In this document: piece by piece, positions 40,557 to 50,226 of the stretch
Numbering within the stretch: the stretch's first letter is position 1
Layout of the letters: each line of letters starts with the position of its first letter
NCBI GenBank assembly: GCA_965216315.1
Contig: CBDCFN010000016.1
Coordinates: 1,216,001-1,280,000, forward strand
Origin: a bacterium
GTDB lineage: Bacteria; UBA10199; 2-02-FULL-50-16; JAJFLM01
Direction: 5' to 3'
Length of the DNA: 64,000 nucleotides
Position numbers and translations under genes: made by a program
Notes under the pieces: generated by a model
Told to the model about the DNA's origin: nothing
The model's database searches: none
What the model saw: only the letters and a program-made list of their open reading frames with translations

Positions 40557-41342
40557 ATGGGACGAAGAGCTGCCGCCGTAGCGGGTCAATTCTATCCAGG
40601 CGATGCTCAAGCGCTGAAACGCCAAGTCGACGGCTTTCTGGCTCGGGCCGAAGATCGCGGGTTGAGGCCGAAGGCCATCATTGGGCCTCATGCCGGGACG
40701 ATCTATTCGGGCCCTATTGCCGCCTCAGCCTATATCAACCTCCGATCGCTCCGCGGAACTATCAAGCGGGTCGTCTTGCTCGGGCCGGCTCATTACGTCC
40801 CGCTCGAGGGGTTGGCGGCAAGCACGGCGGAAGCCTTTACGACGCCGCTGGGCGAGATTCCATTGGATCAGGAGACGCTGCGGAATCTCGAAGCGTTTAA
40901 ACAAGTGAATTTTGTCGATAAGGCCCATCGACCGGAACATAGTCTGGAATTGCATCTGCCCTTTTTGCAAGAGACCCTGGGGGACTTTCAATTAGTGCCA
41001 TTGGTCGTCGGCGCGTGCGAACCTGAGGATGTTGCGGAGGTGCTTGAACAAGTCTGGGGCGGGGAGGAGACACTTATCGTGATCAGCTCGGATCTCAGTC
41101 ATTACCTTCCTTATGAAATGGCACGTCAACTCGATGGGCAGACCACACGGGCAATCGAGGAGCTCCATTGGGAGGAACTGGCGCATGATCAGGCCTGTGG
41201 TTATTATGCGGTCCGGGGGCTCTTGCAGGCCGCACGCGACCATAAAATGAAGGTGACAACCGTGGATCTAAGGAACTCCGGTGATACGGCGGGGACTAAA
41301 GAAGGCGTGGTGGGGTATGGGGCCTATCTTTTCACGGAATAA
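40557..41342 (+). CDS. amrB: AmmeMemoRadiSam protein B (Memo-like)
   Basis: AVAGQFYP, PHAG, EHSLELHLPFLQ, SSDLSHY, NSGD...VVGYG. Confidence 0.93.
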   Translation: MGRRAAAVAGQFYPGDAQALKRQVDGFLARAEDRGLRPKAIIGPHAGTIYSGPIAASAYINLRSLRGTIKRVVLLGPAHYVPLEGLAASTAEAFTTPLGEIPLDQETLRNLEAFKQVNFVDKAHRPEHSLELHLPFLQETLGDFQLVPLVVGACEPEDVAEVLEQVWGGEETLIVISSDLSHYLPYEMARQLDGQTTRAIEELHWEELAHDQACGYYAVRGLLQAARDHKMKVTTVDLRNSGDTAGTKEGVVGYGAYLFTE

Positions 41343-41919
41343 TCCGCCAAGCTCGCATGAGGAACTCGCTGACGAGGATAAGCAAGCACTTATTCACGTC
41401 GCACGTCGTTCCATTGAGCATGGATTGGAGACGGGTCATCCCTTTGTTCCGGATCCCGCAGACTATGCCCCGCCGTTGCAGGCGAAACGGGCCTGTTTTG
41501 TCACCCTGATGTCAGGAGATACGTTGCGGGGCTGTATTGGCACTTTGGAGCAAGAGATGCCATTGATTATAGCCGTGGCCCAGACGGCCTATTCAGCGGC
41601 ATTTCGAGATCCTCGCATGCCGAGTGTCCAATGCGATGAGCTTGATACGATTACAATTTCTATTTCCATTCTATCCGATCTTTATCCGTTGGTATTTGAA
41701 AGTGAAAAAGAGCTGTTAGCGAAGATTCGTCCCGGGATTGACGGACTCTTGCTCAAGGAAGGGAACCGCACGGGGACACTCTTGCCATCGGTGTGGGAGA
41801 ATATCAGCGATCCGGTCGAATTTCTGCAATCACTTAAAATGAAGGCGGGGCTCAATCCGTTCTATTGGTCCGATAGCCTTACCGTCGATTACTATACAAC
41901 GGAATCATTTTCAGGCTGA
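41317..41919 (+). CDS. amrA: AmmeMemoRadiSam protein A (AMMECR1)
   Basis: CFVTL...LRGCIG, AAFRDPR, LLPSVWE, LKMKAG. Start uncertain. Confidence 0.9.
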   Translation: MGPIFSRNNPPSSHEELADEDKQALIHVARRSIEHGLETGHPFVPDPADYAPPLQAKRACFVTLMSGDTLRGCIGTLEQEMPLIIAVAQTAYSAAFRDPRMPSVQCDELDTITISISILSDLYPLVFESEKELLAKIRPGIDGLLLKEGNRTGTLLPSVWENISDPVEFLQSLKMKAGLNPFYWSDSLTVDYYTTESFSG

Positions 41920-42417
41920 AGACGCGGAGCGAATCGCTTTGATAAAGCGATAAGGGAGTTCACTTGAGGTTGAAAGCTTCAGCTCACTCTCCTCGATGAT
42001 TTTAAAATCATTGTGTAAGTCGATTTCCGGAAAATGAGTATCACCGGCAAAGTCTCGATCAATCAGGGTGAGATAAAGAGTTTCCGTATGGGGAAGGGCT
42101 TTTGTATAGAGTTGCGCCCCGCCGATGATAAATATTTCCTCATTCTCGGCAATATCCTTTGCATGCAAAATCTCATTCAAATTATGGATAATGGACACCC
42201 CCTGTGCCTGAAATTCCTGGTTGCGGGTCAGTACGATATTGTTCCGTCCAGGGAGCGGACGCCCGATTGATTCATAGGTTTTCCGGCCCATGACAATCGT
42301 GTGGCCCATGGTTGTCTGCTTGAAATGTTTTAGATCTTCAGGGAGATGCCAAGGCAGTTGATTCTTGTTTCCGATCACCCGATTACGGGCCATGGCGACG
42401 ATGATCGCTAGTTTCAT
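41911..42417 (-). CDS. folA: Dihydrofolate reductase
   Basis: [43 protein letters not shown]. Confidence 0.96.
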   Translation of the reverse strand: MKLAIIVAMARNRVIGNKNQLPWHLPEDLKHFKQTTMGHTIVMGRKTYESIGRPLPGRNNIVLTRNQEFQAQGVSIIHNLNEILHAKDIAENEEIFIIGGAQLYTKALPHTETLYLTLIDRDFAGDTHFPEIDLHNDFKIIEESELKLSTSSELPYRFIKAIRSASSA

Positions 42418-43196
42418 ACTGAAATAGGGGCTTTAATGCCCGGATGAGGATCATAGTTTTCCAGCGTGAAATCTTCGAAACTGAATTCAAAAATACTACT
42501 GACCTGAGGATTGAGGGTCATCGTTGGCAGTGGACGCGGCTCTCGAGATAATTGCAACTTTGTCTGTTCGATATGATTCAGATACAGATGGGCATCTCCC
42601 AAGGTGTGAACGAAGTGACCGGGCTTAAGCCGACAAACCTGGGCCATCATCAGCGTCAGCAGGGCATAGCTCGCAATGTTAAATGGGACGCCCAAAAAGC
42701 TATCCGCACTGCGTTGATAAAGCTGGCACGAGAGGCGGTCGTCGTTGTGAACATAGAATTGAAAAAAAGCATGACAGGGTGGCAGTGCCATTTTATCAAG
42801 CTCGGACACGTTCCAGGCACTCACAATATGGCGGCGCGATTGCGGATTTTCCTGAATGTCACGGACAACTTGAGCGATTTGGTCGACGCCACCCCAGTTG
42901 CGCCACTGAGAACCATACACCGGGCCCAGGTTGCCATTCTCATCTGCCCATTCATCCCAGATGGTAACCTGGTTGTCGTTTAAATACTTGATATTGGTCT
43001 CGCCCTTGAGGAACCAGAGCAACTCGTGAATGATCGATCGAAGATGGCATTTTTTTGTGGTGACGAGAGGGAATCCAGCGGCGAGATCGTAGCGGGCTTG
43101 ATAGCCAAATAGGCTTAGCGTGCCGGTACCGGTACGATCCTGACGTTCTTCGCCATGTTCCAGGATGTCGCTGAGTAATTGCAGGTACTGCTTCAT
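42414..43196 (-). CDS. thyA: Thymidylate synthase
   Basis: Start at MKQYL (43196); [27 protein letters not shown]. Confidence 0.97.
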   Translation of the reverse strand: MKQYLQLLSDILEHGEERQDRTGTGTLSLFGYQARYDLAAGFPLVTTKKCHLRSIIHELLWFLKGETNIKYLNDNQVTIWDEWADENGNLGPVYGSQWRNWGGVDQIAQVVRDIQENPQSRRHIVSAWNVSELDKMALPPCHAFFQFYVHNDDRLSCQLYQRSADSFLGVPFNIASYALLTLMMAQVCRLKPGHFVHTLGDAHLYLNHIEQTKLQLSREPRPLPTMTLNPQVSSIFEFSFEDFTLENYDPHPGIKAPISV

Positions 43197-43281
43197 AAGG
43201 AGGCCCTCCCGATCTCCCATAGTACGGTGCTTAGCCGGGATCAAGGGGATTTCGCGCAACGTTTTGACCCTTATCGCGAGA

Positions 43282-44109
43282 ATGCCGGTCGTAATGATTT
43301 CCGCCACTTTGGCCCCATGGCTGCCTTCCACGCTGCTGGCCTCTACCGAGGCACGCTTTGTCGCCAATTTATTTACCTTTGTCGAGACAGGCGGGCATCT
43401 CGAAGCCGGCCTGTCGGCCGGCGAGGCCCTGGAAGCGTTACGAGCCGATCCCGCCATTCTATTCAGGAGCCAACGACGCGGATTGGAAGCCTCGCTTCAA
43501 GGTCTGCATCGATTCCATCAGCAGCAGACTCAAGCGTTGTTTCCGGATGATGCCAAGTGGCAACGCGGAATCACGCAGCGTCATGGCGTTGAAATGGGTG
43601 CGTATAGGGTGAGTCATTCGTTTGCTGCCGAGCAGTATCTTCACTTGTGGATGTCTGTTTTAGAGCGGGGCGTCAGTGAGTTTGTAGGCCGGCCTTCATC
43701 CTGGCAAGAAGCGAGTCGTGTTATCGAACGCTATTACACGCGTGAAAGTCCTCAATCAGCTGCAGAAATAATTGCGATGAATAGTATACACGCACGTGAA
43801 TTAGCCTGGGTGGGGCTCGAATCTATGGCTAGTGAAATTTTCAGTTCCGCCATCGCAATGATTGAAGAAATGCCCTTGCGACATCGCGTGACGTCGCTTC
43901 GTTTAGTGATTGTTAATATTGGCGCCGTCTCCTGGAGTGTCTTGCCCAGTGGTCTGGTGCAAGGACTTTTTAAGCTGTGTTCAGGTCTGGGTAGAAACCC
44001 CATCCGCCCGCAGATTCAACGTGAAATTGTTAAGGCGATCGAGACGGCCGGCTACAAAAAATTTGCCGAAATATTTTTACGTTATTTGCCGGGAGAAAGC
44101 GAAAAGTAG
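43282..44109 (+). CDS. Hypothetical protein
   Basis: Long ORF filling the gap; no recognisable motif; start uncertain. Confidence 0.5.
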   Translation: MPVVMISATLAPWLPSTLLASTEARFVANLFTFVETGGHLEAGLSAGEALEALRADPAILFRSQRRGLEASLQGLHRFHQQQTQALFPDDAKWQRGITQRHGVEMGAYRVSHSFAAEQYLHLWMSVLERGVSEFVGRPSSWQEASRVIERYYTRESPQSAAEIIAMNSIHARELAWVGLESMASEIFSSAIAMIEEMPLRHRVTSLRLVIVNIGAVSWSVLPSGLVQGLFKLCSGLGRNPIRPQIQREIVKAIETAGYKKFAEIFLRYLPGESEK

Positions 44110-44134
44110 GGGCGCAGCATGCTGCGCCCCTACT
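44105..44134. repeat. GTAG-type REP palindrome
   Basis: Perfect 30-bp palindrome AGTAGGGGCGCAGCATGCTGCGCCCCTACT between convergent genes. Confidence 0.75.
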
Positions 44135-44145
44135 GGAGATAAGAA

Positions 44146-44775
44146 TTAATCTGCATTTTCAAAGAAGAGCTCGTACTTTTCTTCAGGTTTTTTTTCTGCC
44201 TGAATAATAGGCTTTTTCTTTGGCTTAATGGGAACATCTTCTTCAATCAGCGAACGTGATTCAAAACTCGGTTCTGGGGTTGCGGCTTCCGGGGATTGAT
44301 GCATTTCTGCATAAATATCAGGCTCAATCTTGAGCTTGCCAAAAGAGAACCCTAAGTCCCAGCCTTTGCCGGTCCCGCTCAAGGTCAGGCCTACTTTGCC
44401 GTTCCATAGGGCTTGTGCACCAGCCGATTTGGAGGCACCGGCATGGGCTTCGGTTTGTGCGTAACCGCCGAGTACTTCGGAGATATCTCGGACGCGCGTG
44501 AAGCTGGCATGGCCGTTTTCAATCGCGCTCTTCCCGAAGCTTACTCCGCCTCCGTGAGTACGGAGCTTGACTCCCATACTTTGGCCGTTATCGCAGGTGA
44601 TTGTTCCCTGTCCTTTGCCGGATTTATAGAAGACCGACCAGCTCTTGAGATTAAAGGTCATGCGGCATTTGGTCTTGGTCGTGTTGTCGACCGCTGCGCT
44701 GGCGGGCTGCGGGATAAGCGAAAACGTTAAGCTGGCAACGAGTGCCAGGGTTCCCAGAAAATATTTAATTGTCAT
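44146..44775 (-). CDS. Secreted hypothetical protein
   Basis: GGAGG SD before ATG 44775; signal peptide; FYKSGKGQGTITCDNGQ. Confidence 0.65.
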   Translation of the reverse strand: MTIKYFLGTLALVASLTFSLIPQPASAAVDNTTKTKCRMTFNLKSWSVFYKSGKGQGTITCDNGQSMGVKLRTHGGGVSFGKSAIENGHASFTRVRDISEVLGGYAQTEAHAGASKSAGAQALWNGKVGLTLSGTGKGWDLGFSFGKLKIEPDIYAEMHQSPEAATPEPSFESRSLIEEDVPIKPKKKPIIQAEKKPEEKYELFFENAD

Positions 44776-45040
44776 GAGTACCTCCCTAAGTCGCGCTAAG
44801 ATACCGTTTTTCCTGAATAGTGTCAAATTTACCGCTCTCTAGCGCAGCGGCTTTATTGGGCGAAAACGGCGCTAATTGGGCTGAATATTCTGTTTTGAGC
44901 GCAGGGATCGGAGTGTCCTGTCGCGGCGGCGAGATTTTTCCTTGAAATTTGACGATTTCAATTGTAAAAACGCGGGCCTATCTAAGATTTTTTTATATTA
45001 GCGAATCACGCATCATATCTAACGAAAGGGAATTACCGTT

Positions 45041-45586
45041 ATGACAGCACTCAAAAAATTAGGTCTTGTTGGGGGAATGGCCGCGCTCTTGCTGAGCTCC
45101 GTCGCTATTGCCGGAGTTGGTGAGAACATTGTCTGGCTGGACAAGTATACTTTCCAGGTCAGTCCTTACCAAGGAACGAAGCCGGGCAAGCAGTGGGATA
45201 CCCAAAAGACGAACGACACGAATTCAAAGTATAAATTTGTCCTGCATCGCGCTGGTGCCAACCCTAAGTGTTGGTTGCACTTTGATGTGGACCCTGCAGG
45301 CAAGACCGCGCATTCTTATGCGACTCGCACGCTCAAAAGACGCTACCGGGATCGCGGCCTAACCGGGATCAGCATCCGCAAGGAAGTCATTGCCGGACGC
45401 AATACGTCTATCTTGACGGGACATGATCCACATAAAAATCATCGTTACATGGTTGGAGCATGGCGTAACCGCGAGGTTGGTATCAATCTCGAATGTGATG
45501 CCCATGTGAATGATTTTGCGGTGTATGAGCCTCAATTCCGCAACTTCATCAACTCAAGTCGTATTATCAGCGAAACGTCATACTAA
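45041..45586 (+). CDS. Secreted hypothetical protein (possibly PsbP/DcrB-like fold)
   Basis: Signal peptide ending AIA; C-terminal FAVYEPQFRNFINS helix. Confidence 0.6.
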   Translation: MTALKKLGLVGGMAALLLSSVAIAGVGENIVWLDKYTFQVSPYQGTKPGKQWDTQKTNDTNSKYKFVLHRAGANPKCWLHFDVDPAGKTAHSYATRTLKRRYRDRGLTGISIRKEVIAGRNTSILTGHDPHKNHRYMVGAWRNREVGINLECDAHVNDFAVYEPQFRNFINSSRIISETSY

Positions 45587-45607
45587 GCGACGTCGACTGA
45601 AACTTTT

Positions 45608-45660
45608 AATAGGCCACCCTGCGGCATGCTTCAATGCAAAGCGGGGTGGCCTATTTTTTT
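45608..45660 (+). terminator. Intrinsic terminator
   Basis: AATAGGCCACCC...GGGTGGCCTATT followed by a T run. Confidence 0.75.
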
Positions 45661-45670
45661 AGGGGAAGCC

Positions 45671-46447
45671 ATGTATTCAAAAATTTGTTTAATCGTGACA
45701 TTCTTTTTTTGTGTCTCATCTTGTGGCGCCTTTAATCTTTTTACCCTTGAAGATGATAAGGCGTTGGGGGCTCAGTTAGAAGCGCAGATTGCTTCCGACC
45801 CGGACAACTACCCGGTGCTTTCAGAGACAGCTTATCCGCAAGCCTATGCTTATTTGCGTGGAATAAGAGATAAGCTCTTGGCCTCAGGGGCTGTCGAGCA
45901 CGTGGATGACTTCGTATGGAAGGTTTACATCATCGAAGATGATGAAACGCTGAATGCCTTTGCGGCTCCCGGAGGCTACCTCTATTTTTATACGGGTCTC
46001 ATTAAGTTTTTAGATACGGAAGATGATTTTGCAGGGGTCATGGGGCATGAGATTGCGCATGCGGACAAGAGGCATTCCACGGACGCGCTCACCCGTCAAT
46101 TTGGCATCGGCTTGCTACTCGATATTGTCTTGGGAGGGAGCAGTTTTGGCATCATTGCCGATGTGGCGAATTCCCTCGGAGAGTTGGCCTTTAGCCGCGA
46201 TGCCGAATCGGAGGCCGATACGACGTCGGTAGCCTATTTAGCACCGACAGAGTATGCGTGCGACGGTGCGGCAGGCTTTTTTGAAAAACTGTCCGCAGAG
46301 GGGGGGAGTCGGCCTCCCGAGTTTCTAAGTACGCATCCAGATCCCGGTAGTCGAGTGGAGACAATCGGCAATAAAGCGACCGAACTCGGGTGTGACACGA
46401 CGCCGTCAGGAAATGATTACCAAGCCTTCAAAGATATGTTGCCCTAG
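45671..46447 (+). CDS. M48 family zinc metallopeptidase, lipoprotein
   Basis: VSSC lipobox, NAFAAPGG, HEIAH, FSRDAESEAD, FLSTHP. Confidence 0.9.
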   Translation: MYSKICLIVTFFFCVSSCGAFNLFTLEDDKALGAQLEAQIASDPDNYPVLSETAYPQAYAYLRGIRDKLLASGAVEHVDDFVWKVYIIEDDETLNAFAAPGGYLYFYTGLIKFLDTEDDFAGVMGHEIAHADKRHSTDALTRQFGIGLLLDIVLGGSSFGIIADVANSLGELAFSRDAESEADTTSVAYLAPTEYACDGAAGFFEKLSAEGGSRPPEFLSTHPDPGSRVETIGNKATELGCDTTPSGNDYQAFKDMLP

Positions 46448-46458
46448 GGGACTACTGA

Positions 46459-48331
46459 ATGAAGTTTGTTAAAATTGGCGGCATTATCTGTGGTGTCCTC
46501 ATCATTCTCTTATTGATTACGCCTTTCGTAATTCCGAAAAAACTGTATCTGAACTGGGCGATACAAACAATAGAGAGTAATCACCCCGTTAGTGTGACTA
46601 TACAAGATGCCGGACTGACATTGTTGCCGCAGCCACGCCTTTTACTTTACAATATTGAAATAAAGGCGCGCAGTAAGCAGAGCCATGCAAAATTCCTTAA
46701 GGCGGAAAGTCTTAACGCCAGAGCGACTTGGGCGGCTATTTTTTCACGTCGTTGGAACTTAGCGGTGAGTCTTGATACGGCAGAAATTCATTTAACTCAA
46801 TTGGGGCCGGATTATTACAATTATACGCCGCTGTTGAGTACCCGCATCGAGGCACCGGAACCCTTTTCATTGATTCCTTCCGTGCTGGCCGAAGAAGTGG
46901 GCTTATCTCAGCCCCTCGCGCTCAGGCGTCTAGAGGCAAGGCAAACAGTTGTCTATCACAAGAGCTTGCGACAGGACCCTAAAGAGTATCGTTTTGAAAA
47001 ATTGATTGTAAGAAATATCAGGCGTCAGGGACAGGTCTACAGTTTTGAAAGTTCGGTGATTGGAAAACTTGATGATGTAAGTCTTGCGGGTGATATCAAG
47101 ACGAAGGTGGGAGCTGGTAAGATTCAAATCAGCTCAAAATCTCTGAGCCTTGCAGTTCCTAAAAAAGTGGCACTCGATAAGCAAGTTGTTTCTTTAGAGG
47201 GACAGTGGTTGCGTGAGCCTGATTCATTTCGCTTAAAAGAGGGGATTTTACAATTAGGGTCTCAAACCCTGGCTGTATCGGGACTTCAGCGTGAGAAATC
47301 CCTGGAGTTTGAGCTGGCCGCCGAACGGGTGCAATTGGAATCTCTGCAGAAGTTTTTTCCAGAATTGGCTGCATTGCCCCCTATAGAGGATGCGAGTATA
47401 AAGGTTTTCTTTAAGAAAGGCCCGAAGACCTCTGGTAAACCACGTATAAGTGGGAGCATCAAGGCGAAGAAAGTAACGCTGCCTGAGCAGGTTTTTGAGG
47501 ACGTGAGTGGGAGTTTTCTCTTTGTAGCGCCGAGTCTTAAGGTCCAAGACTTTAAAGGGCGCTTATGGGGAGGTCACTTCGAAGGGATTGCCGACCTCAA
47601 GTTAGGTGAGAGCTCACCGCGCTACGACTTTGATATCAACTTGAAAGACGTCAAGGTGGAGCAAATTGATGCCATCAAGGGCTTAGTGTTGGGGACTGGG
47701 GATCTGGCCCTAAAAGCGGCAGGACAAGGGTTTGAGAAGGCCTGGGCACAAACTTTGAACGGAAAGGGGCAAGTCAATCTGAAACAGGTTCAGTTGCAGG
47801 GGCTGGCACTCTTAAAACCGCTCTTTAACGTGCCTGCCTGGCAATTAATTGAACGAGTTCCGGGGGCGATTAATCGTGAAGTCTTGGAAAATTGCGAAAG
47901 GTGCTGATAAGGTGCAGGACCTAGCCAGCACCTTTGAGATCGTCAATGGAGTGATCCAATTGCCTTCACTCAGGCTGCAATTATCTCAAGCCGAGACGGT
48001 GCTTGGGGGCGGTATCGGCCTCGATAAGAGCTTGAAACTGGAGGGAACCCTCAGATTAACTCAGGAATTTGTGGAGGCCTTAATTATCGATAGGCGTCTC
48101 AAGAAAGCCTTGCTAGGGTTGGAAAAGGAACTCATCATACCATTGAAAATTGAAGGGACTATGGAGAAGCCGGTGATACTGCCGGATAACAACTATTTAA
48201 AGCAGCGTTTTCAGGCCTACTTAAAAGAGGATGTAGAACAAGATGCACGCCAATTGATTGATGATGCTGTTAAAACCAAGAAGCTACCAACTAAAAGTAA
48301 AGTTAGGCGAATACTTAAGGGGATAAACTAA
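46459..48331 (+). pseudogene. AsmA-family protein split by a +1 frameshift near 47885 (pseudogene or sequencing error)
   Basis: ORF 46459-47907 (N-terminal anchor, beta-rich) continues in the +1 frame ORF 47849-48331, which has the AsmA-like C-terminal IPLKIEGTMEKP. Confidence 0.65.
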
Positions 48332-49335
48332 TGAGGCAAAGCTATCAAGATTGGATTAGGGCGCTTCCGAAAGCGGAGTTGCATATACACGTTGAGGGAT
48401 CACTAGAGCCCGACTTGATGTTTACGCTTGCCGAGCGCAACAACATCAAAATACCTTTTGAATCGGAGGCGGATGTAAAGAAGGCCTATCAATTCAGTGA
48501 TTTGAAATCCTTTCTAGATATTTATTATCAAGGTTGTGGCGTCTTACAGGAAGAAGAGGATTTTTATGACCTGATCTGGGCTTATTTATTAAGGGCGAGA
48601 GAACAAAATATACGTTATGCGGAAATATTTTTTGATCCCCAGGCCCATACGGAGCGAGGTGTCCCCTTTGAAAAAGTGATTAATGGCCTTCACCGCGGCA
48701 TGGTTCAGGCTAGCAGCGAGCTCGCCATGTCGTCTCAGTTGATCATGTGTTTCATGAGGAATTTGAGTGAGGATAAGGCGATGGAAACGCTGGAACAGGC
48801 ATTGCCTTACAAAAATTGGATTGTCGGTGTGGGGTTGGATTCAGGCGAAGAAGGAAATCCGCCTGAAAAATTTGTGAACGTGTTCAACAAGGCTCATGAT
48901 GAGGGTTTTTATGTAGTCGCTCATGCAGGTGAAGAGGGTCCTGTTGAGTATATCTGGCAGGCACTTGACGTTCTCAACGTCGACCGCATTGATCATGGTC
49001 TCCGCTGCCTTCAAGATGAAAAACTGGTTGATAGACTTATTAGCGAACAGATTCCTTTAACGCTATGTCCGTTATCCAATCTGAAGTTGCGAGTTGTTGA
49101 AGAGCTAAGGAGGCATCCCCTCAAGCGTATGCTAGACAGGGGGCTGTGTGTCACGATCAACTCGGATGATCCGGCTTATTTTGGTGGGTATCTGAATGAG
49201 AATATGTTGGCCTGCCAAAAGGCGCTCGGGTTGACACGTGCTGACTTTATTAAATTGGCTGAAAACGGGTTTAAGGCCACTTTTTTACCGGGCGCGCAGC
49301 GCAAGGAATATCTGAAATTATTGGCAGGAGTGTAA
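48331..49335 (+). CDS. add: Adenosine/adenine deaminase
   Basis: PKAELHIHVEG, HAGEEG, RIDHG, NSDDPAYFGG. Confidence 0.9.
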   Translation: MRQSYQDWIRALPKAELHIHVEGSLEPDLMFTLAERNNIKIPFESEADVKKAYQFSDLKSFLDIYYQGCGVLQEEEDFYDLIWAYLLRAREQNIRYAEIFFDPQAHTERGVPFEKVINGLHRGMVQASSELAMSSQLIMCFMRNLSEDKAMETLEQALPYKNWIVGVGLDSGEEGNPPEKFVNVFNKAHDEGFYVVAHAGEEGPVEYIWQALDVLNVDRIDHGLRCLQDEKLVDRLISEQIPLTLCPLSNLKLRVVEELRRHPLKRMLDRGLCVTINSDDPAYFGGYLNENMLACQKALGLTRADFIKLAENGFKATFLPGAQRKEYLKLLAGV

Positions 49336-49419
49336 GAAATTCCTCTTTAATTATCAGCTCTTTCAGAGGTTTTTTAGAGGGCTGACAAGGGGGAGATAAT
49401 GCGTTAGGCTTACCCAAGG

Positions 49420-49890
49420 ATGTCCAAATCATTGATAAGCATATTGGCGCTGGTCATGGCGCTGCCGACGATCACTTGGGCGGGCTTTTCGGTGGGGGTG
49501 CGGGCCCCGCGGCATCGCATCAATGTCGGGAGTGGTGGCGTCAGTGCAGGGCGCGGGCCCTATCGTCTTGGCGTTGGCACCGGCGGCAATGTGAATGTCG
49601 GCGCGGGACCCTATGATCTGGGGGTGGGGCCGAGTCACGTCAGTATGGGAGCCGGTGCCTACGGAATGAGCGTGCATGGCGGTAATAGTTTCAGTGTGAG
49701 CGCGGATGACTATTACCTGGGCGTTGGCAACAGTGTCACTGTCGGTGGCGAGATTGAAGACTATAACGTCGGCATCAATACGGGTGGTCAAGCTAATGTG
49801 TACAACGATAATTACCATTTCGAAGTCGATGACGGCATCAAGGCGAGCTCAACGGTAGAGGATTTGGAAATGGAAGTCGGCGTCGAATAA
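49420..49890 (+). CDS. Secreted Gly/Val-rich beta-repeat protein
   Basis: Signal peptide; ~16-17-aa repeats such as GRGPYRLGVG and GAGPYDLGVG. Confidence 0.65.
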   Translation: MSKSLISILALVMALPTITWAGFSVGVRAPRHRINVGSGGVSAGRGPYRLGVGTGGNVNVGAGPYDLGVGPSHVSMGAGAYGMSVHGGNSFSVSADDYYLGVGNSVTVGGEIEDYNVGINTGGQANVYNDNYHFEVDDGIKASSTVEDLEMEVGVE

Positions 49891-49901
49891 GTCACGTCTT
49901 C

Positions 49902-50222
49902 ATGAGATTCTTGCTTCGTCCTATTAGCGCAATTATTTCCTACCTGGGTCATCTCATGGCCTTTGCGGGTCTTGGCACTCTAATGTATCAGGGGTTTCAG
50001 TGGTACACGAGTGGCCAGTGGCCTTCTATTTCGCTCAATGACTTTCTGTGGGAGTTGAATTGGTTTATTCCGGGGCAGTTCTATGACTGGTTGGCTCAGC
50101 CGACGAATATAAGTGGCATTAATAAGATTTCCGTCTATTTATTAGGGGCTGTTCCTGCAGCCGCTTTTCTATTGATATTGGGCGTCCTCATTGCTTGGGT
50201 GATTGCACCGCTCAGGAGATGA
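49902..50222 (+). CDS. Small membrane protein (2 TM)
   Basis: Two hydrophobic segments; lies directly upstream of the RND gene. Confidence 0.55.
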   Translation: MRFLLRPISAIISYLGHLMAFAGLGTLMYQGFQWYTSGQWPSISLNDFLWELNWFIPGQFYDWLAQPTNISGINKISVYLLGAVPAAAFLLILGVLIAWVIAPLRR

Positions 50223-50226
50223 ATTG

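Noticed and set aside
43197..43457. 87-aa N-terminal extension of ThyA in the ORF track
   Set aside because: The canonical start MKQYL is at 43196; the extension overlaps the opposite-strand ORF.
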